From assembly GCA_963843845.1 (NCBI GenBank), contig CAWJMB010000002.1:1824001-1888000 (forward strand): 64,000 bases of DNA, given 5' to 3'. Both the position numbers and the translations under genes were made by a program. The stretch comes from an uncultured Gemmatimonadaceae bacterium. Lineage in GTDB: Bacteria; Gemmatimonadota; Gemmatimonadetes; Gemmatimonadales; Gemmatimonadaceae. Positions 11,088 to 22,961 of the stretch are shown piece by piece. The notes below the pieces were generated by a model. The model was not told the origin of the DNA. It searched no databases and worked only from the letters and a program-made list of their open reading frames with translations. Positions within the stretch are counted from its first letter, which is position 1; each line of letters begins with the position of its first letter.

Positions 11088-12010
11088 TCAGGCGAGCACC
11101 CGCACGGCGCGTGGCAGCACGGTCGCCGTGAACGCCGTCGCGGTGCCTAACGCGTCGCCATCGCCGAGGAACGTGTCCGGGCGCGCGCACCGGAAGCGCG
11201 CCGATCGAGCGGGCACGACGTGAAGTGCGCTGTCCGGAATCGGCGCGCCGACCGACAGCCGCGTGAACGCGTCGATGAGCGTCAGTCGCGACACGTCCTG
11301 GATCACGAGCAGTTCGCAGCACCCGTCGTCGCTCGGACCCACACCCGGCAGGGCGAGCCCTCCCCCGCAGTAGCGCTGGGTCGCGACGAACAGGCCCGGC
11401 GAGCGGAGCTCGAGCGTCTCGCGCGCTCCGTCTGGTCGCTCGACGTCGATCTCGATCCGCTCGGCGAGCGGCCGACGCGCGAGCAGGGACGGCGGTCGCC
11501 GCGACCCGGTAGATCGACGCGCCGAGGAGCCGAGCGAGCGATGCGGCGACCCCGCGCCCCGCCTTGATGCGAGCGGCACGCGCCGCGCTGTCGGAGACGA
11601 TCCCGAGCCCGCCCACCGTGCAGACGACGGCCTCGCCAACCTGGATGACGTCCATCGATCGTTCGCGCGACCTGGTGAGCGCAGCGACCATGTCGGTCAG
11701 CGTGCCGCGCACCCCGAGCGAGCGGGCGAGATCGTTCGCAGTGCCCACCGGCAGGAGGGCCAGCGATGCGGTCGTGTGCAGCAGTCCACGCGCGACGGCC
11801 GCTGCCGTGCCGTCACCGCCGGCGGCGATCACCGTGTCGACGCCGTCGGCCGCCGCCTGCGCAGCGAGGCGCGTCGAGTCGGCGGCGCTCAGCGGGCTCG
11901 ACGACGTCGAGCGCCCAGCGCGTGCGCAGGGTCGCGAGCAACGCCGGCGATCGCGCGAGCGCGGCGCGGCGAGCCGCCGGGTTGATGAGGACGACCGCGC
12001 GCGGCGGCAT
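11088..12010 (-). CDS. Diacylglycerol/lipid kinase family protein (indels near 11880 and 11490)
   Basis: LINPAA, AAGGDGT, LPVGTANDLAR, YCGGGL, DDG and GDGD motifs across three frames. Confidence 0.85.
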
Positions 12011-12072
12011 CACGATCGATCGAACGCCCGCGCCACGTGCCGTGTGCGTCGGTGGCGCCGAACGCCGGGGCG

Positions 12073-12687
12073 CTACGGGCGCCGAGGCGCGACGCGCCGG
12101 CGAATCCGCTCCAGCTCGGCACGGCTCGCGTCGAGCTCCTTCGTGAGACGGTCGATCTCGGCGCCTCGCGCTCGGAGCGTGTCGCGGAACGCGATGAGCC
12201 CTGGCTGCTGCGGAGCCGCCCGGCCCGCCGACCGCGCGATGTCGCCGCCGATCAGCTCGGCGGTCTCACGGAGCGAGTCGAGATGTCCGGTCAGTCGCTG
12301 GAGCACGAGCGCCTCCACGTAGTGCTCCTGCGAAGGCCCTCCGGCGACATACGCGGCGAGCGCGTTGCGCGCCTCCCGTGTCGACTCGTTCGACGCCTTC
12401 GCCTCGGTGGCGGGGTCGAGCAGCAGCAGCCCGCGGAGATACGTCGAGTGGGCGGCCTCGCGGGTGCCGGGGTGCCGCGCAGCGAACGCGCGCAGCACGC
12501 TGTCGACGCGACGCGGGTCGCGCGTCATCGCCGCCGCCACCGCATCCGCTCGCACGCGCGGCCACTCGCGCGACGCGGCGGCGGGCGCCTCTTCGGTCAC
12601 GTCTGCCGAGGGGTGTACGCGGCTGCACGCCCCCGCGGCGAGAACGAGGGCCGCGACCAGGCGCCCGAAGTGGTGTCGGGAGCTCAT
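12073..12687 (-). CDS. Lipoprotein with C-terminal coiled coil (QseG/YfhG-like)
   Basis: Lipobox LAAGA-C, helical TPR-like core (YLRGLLLLDP), C-terminal EIDRLTKELDASRAELERIRRR; start overlaps kinase stop. Confidence 0.65.
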   Translation of the reverse strand: MSSRHHFGRLVAALVLAAGACSRVHPSADVTEEAPAAASREWPRVRADAVAAAMTRDPRRVDSVLRAFAARHPGTREAAHSTYLRGLLLLDPATEAKASNESTREARNALAAYVAGGPSQEHYVEALVLQRLTGHLDSLRETAELIGGDIARSAGRAAPQQPGLIAFRDTLRARGAEIDRLTKELDASRAELERIRRRVAPRRP

Positions 12688-14205
12688 GACGCGGCTCCGG
12701 CGCTCGCTCGACGGTCGCCGCCCGATCGCTCGACCTGCCCGGGCGCGCGAACGGCGTCGTCGCCATACGGCAGCACGATCGAGAACGTCGTGCCCTCGCC
12801 GACGGCGCTCTCGACGGCGATCGTCCCCCCGTGCGCCTCGACGATCTCTTTCGAGATCGCGAGGCCGAGGCCGGTGCCCTTCGCGTTCGCGCCGTGCTGG
12901 TTGCTCGCCTGGAAGAACTTGTCGAAGATGTTCGGCACCTGTGCGGCATCGATCCCGACGCCGGTGTCGCGCACCGCCATGTAGACCGAGCCCTCGAGCG
13001 ACGACACGAGGAGGTCGACGCGTCCGCCGTCCGGCGTGAACTTGAACGCGTTCGTGAGCAGGTTGCCTAACACTTCGGCCATGCGGTCGGCGTCCCAGGT
13101 CACGATCTCCGGGAGCGGTCCGTGTGTGTCGATGGTGAACGTGATGCCGCGCTGCATCGCCAGCACCTCGTGCGTCGTGCGCATCTCGTGCAAGAACTTC
13201 TCGAGGTGCATGGGCATCGGGTCGAGGCGCGCCTCGCCTGCCTTGAAACGGCTGATGTCGAGCAGGTGCTGCACGAGCCGTCCCATCGACGCGGCCTGCG
13301 TCTGCATCACGCCCACGACGTCGCTCTGCTTGTCGTTCAAGGGGCCGTAGATGTTCTCCTCCAACAGCTTGAGGTAGCCCATCATCACGTTGATCGGCGT
13401 CTTCAGCTCGTGCGACGCGACCGACATGAACTCGGCCTTCAGCTTGTCCAGCTCTGCGAGCTGCTTCGCCATCGACTCGTAGCTCGCCGCGAGCCGCCCG
13501 AACTCGTCGGAGCGTCCCGGCCCGAGCGACAGCCGGTGCTCGAAGTCGCCCCCGGCAACCGCCGCCATCCCGCGTTCGAGGTCTCGCACCGGCCGGCTGA
13601 TCGACCGCACCGTCCAGTACGCGACGCCGGCGCCCGACGACGACCGCGAGCCCGCCGAGGACGAGCGCGAGCGCGGCCGCGCCCGTGGCCTGCCGTGCGG
13701 CGACGTCGACGCTTCGCGCGGTCACGCGCCGCAGCGTCTCCTCTTCGGCCGAGATGTTCGCTTCGATGTGTTGGATCGCCGGCTGGATCTGCTCCGACGA
13801 CACACTCTCCGCGATGGTCGGCAGCCCGTCGGCGAACGCGCTGATCTCGATGTTCCCGAGCTGGTCGAGCGCCCGCGCAGAGCTGTCGACCATCGCTGCG
13901 GTCGTGTGCAGATTCAGCGCGTGCAGCGAATCGGCGTAGCTGCGGAGCACCCGAGTCGCGCTGTGGAACGCCGCCGCCGACCCGTCCTCACCTTTGTAGA
14001 CGCTGACGCTGACTTCGGCGTCGTCGACCCGCGCGAGTCGCTCGCGCACGCCTGAGAGCGCGAACGACGCCGCGAGCTGCTCGTCCCGGAGCCGCTCCGC
14101 CGCGCGTTGCGCGGCGCGCAGCGCGAGGAGGGACGCGGCGAGCGGGATGACGAGGAGCAGCGCGACCGCGACGAAGCCGACCGCGAGACGAGCGCGAAGG
14201 GTCAT
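12684..14205 (-). CDS. HAMP-domain sensor histidine kinase (GlrK/QseE-like; indel near 13630)
   Basis: Two TMs flanking a periplasmic helical domain, HAMP, H-box ASHELKTP, NLLTNAFKFT, DTGVGI, GTGLGLAI. Confidence 0.9.
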
Positions 14206-14211
14206 GCGCGC

Positions 14212-14217
14212 AAGATA
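14212..14217 (-). promoter_or_regulatory. Putative -10 hexamer TATCTT, 6 nt before the kinase ATG (leaderless type)
   Basis: Minus strand reads TATCTT-GCGCGC-ATG; no SD. Confidence 0.5.
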
Positions 14218-14308
14218 AACGAGCCGCGGGGCGAGCGTTGACAGCCTTCGGTCGGGCGGTCTAGGTTGCCGACCCCCCGCTCGACTCTCGCTAACTCGTG
14301 CTGCTTCA

Positions 14309-15610
14309 ATGACATCGCCTGTCGTCCGCATCGTCGATCTGCGCGCGCATGTCGGACAGACCGTCACCGTCCGCGGCTGGATCACGCACCTCCGCTCGTC
14401 GGGCAAGATCGCCTTCCCGATCGTGCGCGACGGCACTGGCACGGCGCAGTGCGTCGTCATGAAGAACGCGGTCCCGCCAGAGAGCTGGGAGGCGCTGAGC
14501 GCGCTGTCGCTCGAGGCGAGCGTCGTGGTCGAAGGCGAGGTGCGCGCCGAGCCGCGCGCCCCTGGAGGCTATGAGCTCGGCGTGAGCGGGCTCGCGCTCA
14601 TCGGCGCCAGCGCCGCCGACTACCCGATTCAACCGAAAGAGCACGGCGTCGACTTCCTGCTCGACCACCGCCATCTGTGGCTGCGCGCGCCGCGGCAGGC
14701 GGCGATCATGCGCGTGCGCAGCGAGATCGAGCAGGCGATCCACGACTTCTTCTACGCGCGCGACTTCGTGCACTGCGACACGCCGATCCTCACCGGCGCG
14801 CAGGGGGAGAGCGGCGGGCTGTTCGAGACCGAGTACTTCGACGAAGGCACGGCCTATCTCGCGCAGACCGGGCAGCTCTACGGCGAAGCGCTCGCCGCCG
14901 CGCTCGGCCGGATCTACACGTTCGGCCCGACCTTCCGCGCCGAGAAGTCGAAGACGCGCCGCCACCTGACCGAGTTCTGGATGATCGAGCCGGAGATGGC
15001 GTGGTACGACCAGGACGACAACATGAAGCTCCAGGAGGAGCTCGTGTCGTATCTCGTCGAGCGCGTGCTCGAGCGCCGACAGGAAGAGCTGAAAGTGCTC
15101 GAGCGCGACACGTCGAAGCTGGAACCGATCCGCGCGCCGTTCGTGCGCCTCGACTACTCGGACGCGATCGCGCTCGTACAGCGGAAGGGGAGCGAGGCGC
15201 GATGGGGTGACGATCTCGGCGCGCCGGACGAAGCGAGGATCGTCGAGGAGTACGACCGGCCGGTGTTCGTCATGAACTACCCGAAGGAGGCGAAGGCCTT
15301 CTACATGAAGGAGAACGCAGCCGACCCTCGGACCGTGCGGTGCTCAGACCTGCTCGCGCCGGAAGGACGCGGCGAGATCATCGGCGGTTCGCAGCGCGAG
15401 GACGACTACGACAAACTGCGTGCGCGGATCATCGACGAAGGACTGCCGCTCGACGCCTACGACTGGTATCTCGACCTCCGGCGTTACGGAACGTTCGTGC
15501 ACTCCGGCTTCGGCCTCGGCCTCGAGCGCACGGTCGCGTGGATCGCCGGGGTGGAGCACATCCGCGAGGTCATCGCGTTTCCGCGCATGATGGGACGCCT
15601 GAAGCCCTAG
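14309..15610 (+). CDS. asnS: Asparagine--tRNA ligase
   Basis: OB fold, [48 protein letters not shown]. Confidence 0.97.
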   Translation: MTSPVVRIVDLRAHVGQTVTVRGWITHLRSSGKIAFPIVRDGTGTAQCVVMKNAVPPESWEALSALSLEASVVVEGEVRAEPRAPGGYELGVSGLALIGASAADYPIQPKEHGVDFLLDHRHLWLRAPRQAAIMRVRSEIEQAIHDFFYARDFVHCDTPILTGAQGESGGLFETEYFDEGTAYLAQTGQLYGEALAAALGRIYTFGPTFRAEKSKTRRHLTEFWMIEPEMAWYDQDDNMKLQEELVSYLVERVLERRQEELKVLERDTSKLEPIRAPFVRLDYSDAIALVQRKGSEARWGDDLGAPDEARIVEEYDRPVFVMNYPKEAKAFYMKENAADPRTVRCSDLLAPEGRGEIIGGSQREDDYDKLRARIIDEGLPLDAYDWYLDLRRYGTFVHSGFGLGLERTVAWIAGVEHIREVIAFPRMMGRLKP

Positions 15611-15635
15611 CGTTCGGCGATTGCCCGTCAGCCGG

Positions 15636-16427
15636 CTAGCTCGGCTCGCGGGCCTTCACCTCGTCCCACAGCGCGTCGAGCGCCGTCAGCCCGGCGTCGC
15701 CGACGTCGATGCCGCGCTCGGCGGCGAGTCGTTCGACGGCGCCGAACCGGCCGGCGAATTTCGCGTTCGCGCGGTCGAGCGCGAGTGACGCGTGGACGCC
15801 CGCCTTGCGGCAGAGATTCACCACCGAGAACAGCAGGTCGCCGAGCTCAGACTCGAGGCGGGCGTGACGCTCGTCGTACAGCGGCCCGCCGTCCGGCGCT
15901 GTGGCGGGTGGCGACGCGCTCAGCTCGGCGCGCACTTCGTCGAGCTCTTCGGCGACCTTCCCGATCGGACCCTCGACGTCCGGCCAGTCGAAGCCGACAC
16001 CCGAGGCGCGGTCTTGCAGCCTGTGCGCGCGGTGCAGCGCGGGCAGGCCGGCGGGGAGCCCCTCGTCGATGGCGCGGCGCCGGCTCGCTTTCATCGCCTC
16101 CCACGACGGACGCTCGGCCGCGTCGCCGTACAGATGCGGGTGCCGCGCGCGCATCTTCGCGATCAGCCCGGCCGCGACGTCGCTCATGTCGAAGGCGCCG
16201 CGCTCCTCGGCCACGACCGAGTGGAAGAGCACCTGGAGCAGAAGGTCGCCGAGCTCCTCGCGCAGGTGCACGTCGTCGCCGGCGCGGATCGCGTCGTCGA
16301 CCTCGTGCGCTTCCTCGATCAGATACGGTCGGAGAGAGTCGTGCGTCTGCGCGCGGTCCCACTCGCAGCGGGCTCGGAGGTCACGCATGAGCGCGAGCGT
16401 ATCTTCAAGTGTGGCCTTGTCTTGCAT
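15636..16427 (-). CDS. mazG: Nucleoside triphosphate pyrophosphohydrolase MazG
   Basis: [33 protein letters not shown] and a second ELGDLLF. Confidence 0.95.
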   Translation of the reverse strand: MQDKATLEDTLALMRDLRARCEWDRAQTHDSLRPYLIEEAHEVDDAIRAGDDVHLREELGDLLLQVLFHSVVAEERGAFDMSDVAAGLIAKMRARHPHLYGDAAERPSWEAMKASRRRAIDEGLPAGLPALHRAHRLQDRASGVGFDWPDVEGPIGKVAEELDEVRAELSASPPATAPDGGPLYDERHARLESELGDLLFSVVNLCRKAGVHASLALDRANAKFAGRFGAVERLAAERGIDVGDAGLTALDALWDEVKAREPS

Positions 16428-16481
16428 GGCCTCCGTCGGGCGTCTTAGGTTTCGCGGCTTCGCTTCCCCGACCGCCGCCGG

Positions 16482-17618
16482 ATGTCCGAGCAATCTAACC
16501 CGCACGAGTCGCACCCCGGCGTGCGTCCGACGACCGGAACCGGCGCGGACCGAGCGCGGGCGTGGCTCGAGGTCGATCTCGGTGCCGTCGTGCGGAATGC
16601 GCAGGCGCTCGCCGCCCGGGCGCGCGTGCCGCTCGTGCCGATGGTCAAAGCCGACGCCTATGGACTCGGCGCCGAGCGGATCGTGGAGGCGCTGGAGCCG
16701 ACCGAGCCGTGGGGGTACGGCGTCGCGACGGTGCCCGAGGGAGAAGCGCTGCGCACGGCCGGCATCACGCGACGCATCCTCGTCTTCACGCCGCTGCTGC
16801 CTGGCGAGCTCCCCAGGGCGCATGCGGCGGCCCTGACGCCGTCGTTGTCGCGCGCCGACGACGTCACGCGCTGGACGCTCCTCGGCGGCGCGGCGTGGCA
16901 CCTGGCGATCGACACGGGGATGGGTCGCGCCGGCGTGCGATGGGACGCGATCGACACGCTGCGCGCCGTCGTCGCCGCGCACCCGCCCGAGGGGGCGTAC
17001 ACGCACTTTCACTCGGCCGACACCGACGAAGTGTCGCGTCGCGAGCAGGAGGGCCGGTTCCGTGCGGCGCTCGACGCGCTGCCCCCGCACGCGATGCCGG
17101 CGATCCTGCACGCCGAGAACAGCCCGAGTGTCGAACATCGCGCGCCGTCGCCATGGTCGGTCGCGCGCCCGGGCGTCTTCCTGTACGGCGTCGCCAGTCA
17201 CGGCGCGCTGGCGCCGATGCCGGTCGCTCACCTCCGCGCTCGCGTGGTCGATCTCCGCGTCGTACGCGACGGCGAGACGGTGAGCTACGGCGCGCAGTGG
17301 CGGGCGGCGGGCGAGCGCACGATCGCGACGGTCGCGTGCGGCTACGGCGACGGATATCGGCGCGCGTTCGGCAACCGTGCCGCAGCGCTCGTGCACGGGC
17401 GCGACGTCCCGGTCGTCGGCTGCGTGACGATGGACATGACGATGCTCGACGTCACCGGCGTGCCCTGCCGAGTCGGCGACGTGGCAACGCTCGTCGGGCG
17501 TGACGGTGACAGACTACTGACGGTCGCGGACGTGGCCGCGGCGGGCGACCTCTCACCGTACGAGCTGTTGACCGGATTCCGTGGACGACTCCCACGCCTC
17601 TACCGCGACGCGCCGTGA
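16482..17618 (+). CDS. alr: Alanine racemase
   Basis: VKADAYG PLP lysine, [35 protein letters not shown]. Confidence 0.95.
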   Translation: MSEQSNPHESHPGVRPTTGTGADRARAWLEVDLGAVVRNAQALAARARVPLVPMVKADAYGLGAERIVEALEPTEPWGYGVATVPEGEALRTAGITRRILVFTPLLPGELPRAHAAALTPSLSRADDVTRWTLLGGAAWHLAIDTGMGRAGVRWDAIDTLRAVVAAHPPEGAYTHFHSADTDEVSRREQEGRFRAALDALPPHAMPAILHAENSPSVEHRAPSPWSVARPGVFLYGVASHGALAPMPVAHLRARVVDLRVVRDGETVSYGAQWRAAGERTIATVACGYGDGYRRAFGNRAAALVHGRDVPVVGCVTMDMTMLDVTGVPCRVGDVATLVGRDGDRLLTVADVAAAGDLSPYELLTGFRGRLPRLYRDAP

Positions 17619-18792
17619 CCGTCGAGAACCGACGGGCCATCATCATCGTGCTCGATGGCGTGGGCGTGGGTGCGGCGCACGATGCCGCCGCGTACGGTGA
17701 TGTCGACAGCGACACGCTGGGGCACGTCGCAGACGCCGTCGGGGGGCTCGACCTCCCCGCGCTCGCGCGGCTCGGACTCGGCAACGTGCGGGCGTTGGCG
17801 GGGATGGTGCCGAACGCGCGGCCCGAGGCGGCGTGGGGAACGATGCAGCCGGCGTCGGCGGGGAAGGACAGCACGACCGGACACTGGGAGCTGGCCGGTG
17901 TTCGACTCGCACGGCCGTTTCCGACGTATCCGCACGGCTTCCCGGCGGAGCTGATCGACGTGTTCGCCGCGCGCACCGGGCGGGGGGTGCTCGGGAACGT
18001 GGCGGCGAGCGGCACCGCGATCATCGACCAGTTCGGTCCGGCGCACGAGCGCACGGGGCAGTGGATCGTCTACACGTCCGCCGATTCCGTCTTCCAGGTC
18101 GCCGCGCACGAAGCGGTCGTGCCGCTGCCGAGCTCTACGCCGCCTGTGAGCTCGCGCGCGAGTTGCTCGTCGCGCCGCACGACGTCTCGCGCGTCATCGC
18201 GCGACCGTTCGTCGGCCGCGAAGGCGCTTACGCGCGGTCGGCGAACCGCCGCGACCTGTCGATCGAGCCGCCCGAGCGGACGCTGCTCGACGCGCTCGCC
18301 GCGTCGGGCATTCCGCGCGATGGCGTCGGCAAGGTCGACGATCTCTTCGCCGGCCGTGCGCTCACCGCGCGCCACACCGCGAACAACGCCGACGGCATCG
18401 CCGCGATCGCGACGTGGCTGCACGAGGCACCCCGTGGGTTGCTGTTCTCGAACCTGGTAGATTTCGACACCCTGTTCGGGCACCGCAACGACGTTGCGGG
18501 GTTCTACGGAGCATTGCGCGAATTCGATCGCGCGCTTCCGACGCTCGAAGGCTTGCTCCGCGAGGACGATCTGCTGTTCATCACGGCCGACCACGGCAAC
18601 GACCCGACGACATCGTCGACCGATCACGCGCGCGAGCGCGTGCCGCTGCTGGTGCTCGGTCCCCGCGTCGCGCCCGCTTCGCTCGGCGAGCGCGCGACGT
18701 TCGCCGACGTCGGCGCGACCGTGGCGGAGTGGCTCGGCGTCGCGTTCCGCGGAAGCGGCGAGTCGTTTCTCTCGGCGATCGTTCCGGCGTGA
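17615..18792 (+). CDS. deoB: Phosphopentomutase (indel near 18128)
   Basis: [58 protein letters not shown]. Confidence 0.95.
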
Positions 18793-19241
18793 GCGCGGTG
18801 CTGGCGAGCGACGAGTCTCGCGTCGACGAGCTGGTCGACGCGGCGACAGGGGCCATGCAGCGAGCCTACGCGCCGTACTCGAACTTCCGCGTCGGCGCCG
18901 CGCTGCTCGGCCGCGGCGGCGACGTGTTCGCGGGCTGCAATGTCGAGAACGCCGCGTACCCCGCGGCGATCTGCGCCGAACGCGGTGCCGTCATGGCGGC
19001 GGTCGCGCGGGGCGAGCGAACGTTCGAGCTGCTCGTCATCGCGACCGACGCCGATGCGCCGACGCCGCCGTGCGGCCAGTGCCGCCAGGTGCTCGCCGAG
19101 TTCGCGCCTGATCTCGCCGTCGTGAGCGTGGCGCGCAGCGGCGAGCGGCGACGCTGGACGATGACCGAATTACTTCCGAGCCCATTCCTCCCTGCGTCGC
19201 TCGGCGACCGGGGCGGGCGCGGCTCACATTCCGACGACTGA
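18789..19241 (+). CDS. cdd: Cytidine deaminase (tetrameric type)
   Basis: [31 protein letters not shown]. Confidence 0.95.
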   Translation: MSAVLASDESRVDELVDAATGAMQRAYAPYSNFRVGAALLGRGGDVFAGCNVENAAYPAAICAERGAVMAAVARGERTFELLVIATDADAPTPPCGQCRQVLAEFAPDLAVVSVARSGERRRWTMTELLPSPFLPASLGDRGGRGSHSDD

Positions 19242-19244
19242 GTA

Positions 19245-20537
19245 GTGCCACGACTCCCGAACTGGACGCGGCTCGCCGCGTTCGCGCTCGCCGTGGGGAC
19301 GGCGGCTGCATGCTCCGAGCAGATCGAGAGCGGCGCCGCGTGCCCCGAGCTGTGCCCGACCGAGAACGTGCCGGTGCGCGACACGGTGCTCGAAGCCGTC
19401 GTGCTCGACAGCGTCATCGACGGCTATCCGTTTCCGGGAGACCCTCCCTACGTCCTGCTCTCGGCCCGGCCACGCGCCGACACGCTCGACGTTCGCGGCA
19501 TCTTCCGCTTCGATACGGTGCCCGGGAAGTACTTCCCGGCGAACGCCTCGGACTCGGTCGCGATCACGCGCGCCGACAGCACGTACCTGACGATCCACTA
19601 CGACACGGCGTCGAAGGTGATTCCGGCCGGGACGCGCATCACGGCGTACGACGTCGGCTTCCCGGCAGGGAACGACACGGCCACGGCCACCCTGACGCCG
19701 CAGTTCACCCCGGCGCGCGTCATCGGCTCGATTCTGCTCGACTCGGCGACGCTCGCGCGTGACAGCATCCGGATCCGGCTGCTGCCCACCCTGATCCCCG
19801 ACCTCGCGGCGGGAACGCGCCGACTGCGCGTCGGCCTCCAGATCACGAGTCCGTCGTACTCGCGGCTGCGTATCCTCGCGTCTCGCGGCGGCGCCTCGTT
19901 GAGCGCGGCGCGTATATCGTTCGACCCGGTCTCGCCGGGCGACACCACGTACGCGCCGATCGTCGTATCGCTGAACTCGACCACGCCGGCTGGGAGCGAG
20001 TTCGCTCCAGCGCTGCGTGACTTCACCATCGTCTCGGCCGGCGCGGTGCCCACGCTCGCACCCGACCTCGTGGTCGGCGGCCTGCCGGCCCGGCGCGCGT
20101 TGCTTCGGTTCGCGGTGCCGTCGCGCTTCATCGACTCGTCGACGATCGTGCGCGCGACGCTGCAGCTCGTGCAGCGCCCGGCCGCGGGCGCCGAGCGGGT
20201 CGACACCGTGCAGCTCGAGAGCGACATCGTCCTCGCCGACCAGTCGATCACCGATCTGCGTCGCGCGGCCGATCTGTCGGCGCCGCGCTCGGCGTTCGCC
20301 GTCGACTCGCTTCGCCTCTCGCCGGCCGACAGCGGCACGCGCGTGCTGAGCCTCATCAACGTGGTGCGCGCCTGGCGGAACCTCCCCGCGTCGACGCAGC
20401 GGGCGCTCGTGTTCCGCGCCGGCTTCGAGGGCTCGCAGACGTCGGCGCTGCGTTTCTTCTCGCGCGAGGCGCCGCCGGCGCTCCGTCCGCGGCTGCGCCT
20501 CAGCTACATCCCCCGCACAGAGTTCGCGCTGCCGTGA
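19245..20537 (+). CDS. Beta-rich lipoprotein of unknown function (DUF4270-like architecture)
   Basis: Lipobox AAA-C, CPELCP motif, C-terminal FFSREA..RPRLRLSY; family assignment from recall only. Confidence 0.6.
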   Translation: MPRLPNWTRLAAFALAVGTAAACSEQIESGAACPELCPTENVPVRDTVLEAVVLDSVIDGYPFPGDPPYVLLSARPRADTLDVRGIFRFDTVPGKYFPANASDSVAITRADSTYLTIHYDTASKVIPAGTRITAYDVGFPAGNDTATATLTPQFTPARVIGSILLDSATLARDSIRIRLLPTLIPDLAAGTRRLRVGLQITSPSYSRLRILASRGGASLSAARISFDPVSPGDTTYAPIVVSLNSTTPAGSEFAPALRDFTIVSAGAVPTLAPDLVVGGLPARRALLRFAVPSRFIDSSTIVRATLQLVQRPAAGAERVDTVQLESDIVLADQSITDLRRAADLSAPRSAFAVDSLRLSPADSGTRVLSLINVVRAWRNLPASTQRALVFRAGFEGSQTSALRFFSREAPPALRPRLRLSYIPRTEFALP

Positions 20538-21721
20538 CCAAGTCGTCGAAGCTCGTCGCCGTCGGCGTCGCGGCACTGCTCCCGTCGGCGACCGTCGCCG
20601 CCCAGGGAACGCTGAGCGGCCAGGGATTCGGCTACCCGACGGGCGAGCTCAGCTCGCGCGCCATCGCCACGGGCGGGTCGCTCGCCGAATTCGATCCCGC
20701 GACGCCGCTGAATCCTGCGTCGATCGGATCGTGGGGCGCGTCACCGATCAACTCGTCGGTGCGCCGGTTCTGGGGACGCATGGGAATCGCCGTGCAGTAC
20801 GATCCCGAGTTCCGACGCGTGACGTCGGGCGGCGCCACCCAGCGCGCGACGCTCGCACGCTTTCCGCTCCTGTCGCTGTCGATTCCGATCCGCGAGCGAC
20901 TGCAGCTCGGCGTCTCCGCCGCGACGCTGCTCGACCGCACGTTCTCGACCGAGCTGCCGAGCACGACGCTGATCGGCGGGACGTCGGTGACCGGCACGCA
21001 GCGGATCCAGTCACGCGGGTCGATCGCCGACGTACGAGTCGCGGCAGCCTACAACGTCGGGGACAACATCTCGGTCGGCGTCGGCGGACACGTGCTGACC
21101 GGACGCAATCAGGTCGTCAGCGACCGGACCTTCAGCGATTCGACGGAGTTCGGCAACGTCAGCGACTCGACGGTCGTGAACTTCGGCGGGAACGCGGTCT
21201 CGGCTGGTGCCGAGTGGCGGATCGTACGCGGCCTCAGCGTCGCCGGCTCCTACCGCCACGGCGGCACGCTGCGCGCCGAGCGCAACGACACCACGCTGCG
21301 GCGCGCGTCGGCGCCGGATCGAATCGGCATCGGACTCCGCGTCGACCGGTTCAGTGGTGCGTCGTTCACGGCGTCCTATGCGAACACCCGGTGGTCGAAT
21401 CTGCGCGGGCTGTCGGCATCCAGCATCCCGATCACCGACGCGCCCGAATACGCGGCAGGCGCCGAGCTCCTCGGCCCGCGCATCGGCATCAGCCAGCTGC
21501 TCGTGCGGCTCGGCGGGCGGCGTCGCACGCTGCCGTTCGGGATCGGCTCGGCTGACGTGCGAGAGACGGCGTTCGCCGGCGGCGTCAGCGCGCCGTTCAC
21601 GGGAGGTCGAGCGGTGCTCGACCTCACGACGCAGTACGCGTCGCGCACGCCGACCGGCTCCACGATCAGCGCGAGGGAGCGCGCGGTGACGTTCAGCGTG
21701 GGGCTCACCGTCCGACCGTGA
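20534..21721 (+). CDS. Outer-membrane beta-barrel, FadL/PorV-like
   Basis: Signal peptide, N-terminal SRAIATGG..NPA hatch-like motif, alternating amphipathic strands ending VTFSVGLTVRP. Confidence 0.65.
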   Translation: MTKSSKLVAVGVAALLPSATVAAQGTLSGQGFGYPTGELSSRAIATGGSLAEFDPATPLNPASIGSWGASPINSSVRRFWGRMGIAVQYDPEFRRVTSGGATQRATLARFPLLSLSIPIRERLQLGVSAATLLDRTFSTELPSTTLIGGTSVTGTQRIQSRGSIADVRVAAAYNVGDNISVGVGGHVLTGRNQVVSDRTFSDSTEFGNVSDSTVVNFGGNAVSAGAEWRIVRGLSVAGSYRHGGTLRAERNDTTLRRASAPDRIGIGLRVDRFSGASFTASYANTRWSNLRGLSASSIPITDAPEYAAGAELLGPRIGISQLLVRLGGRRRTLPFGIGSADVRETAFAGGVSAPFTGGRAVLDLTTQYASRTPTGSTISARERAVTFSVGLTVRP

Positions 21722-22882
21722 CCGAGACGGCGAGCGACGCCGCACTGATACTCGTCGCCGACGACGTCCCGGCGAACGTCGAGCTGCTCGCCGACCAGCT
21801 CCACGCGTTCGGCTACCGCACGGTCGCCGCGGTCGACGGCCCGTCGGCGTTGCGGCTCTGCGTGGAGGAGCGCCCCGACCTCTGCATCCTCGACGTCGCG
21901 ATGCCGGCGGGCGACCTCGCCGTGCCCGATCGGCAGACCGGTTTCGAAGTGTGCCGACGCATCAAGCGGGACGCACGGACGACGCGTATCCCCGTCATCT
22001 TCGTCACCGCGCTCAACGACACCGCCGACCGCGTGCGCGCGATCGAGGCCGGGGGAGACGAATTCCTGACCAAGCCGCACAACCGGCTCGTGTTGGGCGC
22101 CCGCGTACGCTCGCTCCTCAAGCTCAAGGGAGCGACCGACGCGCTCGAAGACAGCTATCGGAAGCTGCGCGAGCTGGAGAAAGTGCGCGACGACCTCATG
22201 AAGATGATCGTCCACGATCTCAAGTCGCCGCTCACTTCCGTGCTCGCGACGCTCGAGATGCTCGGCGACGGCGACTTCGGGCCGACCACGGATGCGCAGC
22301 GGAAAGCGGTGAGCGACGCGTCGACGCAGGGGAACGAGCTGCTCCTGCTGATCAACGACCTGCTCGAGATCGCGCGACTCGAAGAAGGGGCCGATCACGC
22401 TCTCCCCGTCACCCATCGCGCCGGCGTCGTTGCTCGACGAGGTGATGCACGACTGGGCGGTGCGGTTCCAGCAGGCCGGCGTTCACGAGGTCGTGGACGT
22501 TGCAGCTGACGCGCCGATGTTCGTCGGCGACCGCACGCTCCTCAAGCGCGTGTTCGCCAACCTGCTGCAGAATGCCGTGACGCACGCCGGCGTCGCGGTC
22601 ACGGTCCGCATCAACGCTCGCCGCGACGCGGACGGGATCCGCTTCACCGTCGCCGACGACGGACCGGGAATCCCCCCCGAGTATCACGAGCTGATCTTTC
22701 GGAAGTTCGAGACGGGCCGCACGCGCGGCGCCCCACGCGTGCGCAGCTCGGGGCTCGGCCTCGCGTTCTGCAAGCTCGCCGTCGACGCGCACGGCGGACG
22801 GATCTGGGTGCAGAGCGAGGAGGGGAAGGGGAGCCAGTTCCACGTCGTCCTCCCCCTCGAAGCGCGCCGCACCTCCGGCTGA
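21718..22882 (+). CDS. Cytoplasmic hybrid response regulator-histidine kinase (indel near 22390)
   Basis: Receiver ADD..LDVAMP..FVTA..LTKP, H-box IVHDLKSP, NLLQNA, DDGPGI, GLGLAFCK. Confidence 0.9.
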
Positions 22883-22905
22883 GCCGCAGGCCGGTGCGCG
22901 CCATG

Positions 22906-22943
22906 GAAGAAGGCCCCGGTGAGCGAACACCGGGGCCTTCTTC
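22906..22943. terminator. Bidirectional hairpin terminator between convergent genes
   Basis: Perfect 16-bp inverted repeat GAAGAAGGCCCCGGTG / CACCGGGGCCTTCTTC with a 6-nt loop. Confidence 0.8.
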
Positions 22944-22961
22944 GTCGTCACGCGAGACCGA

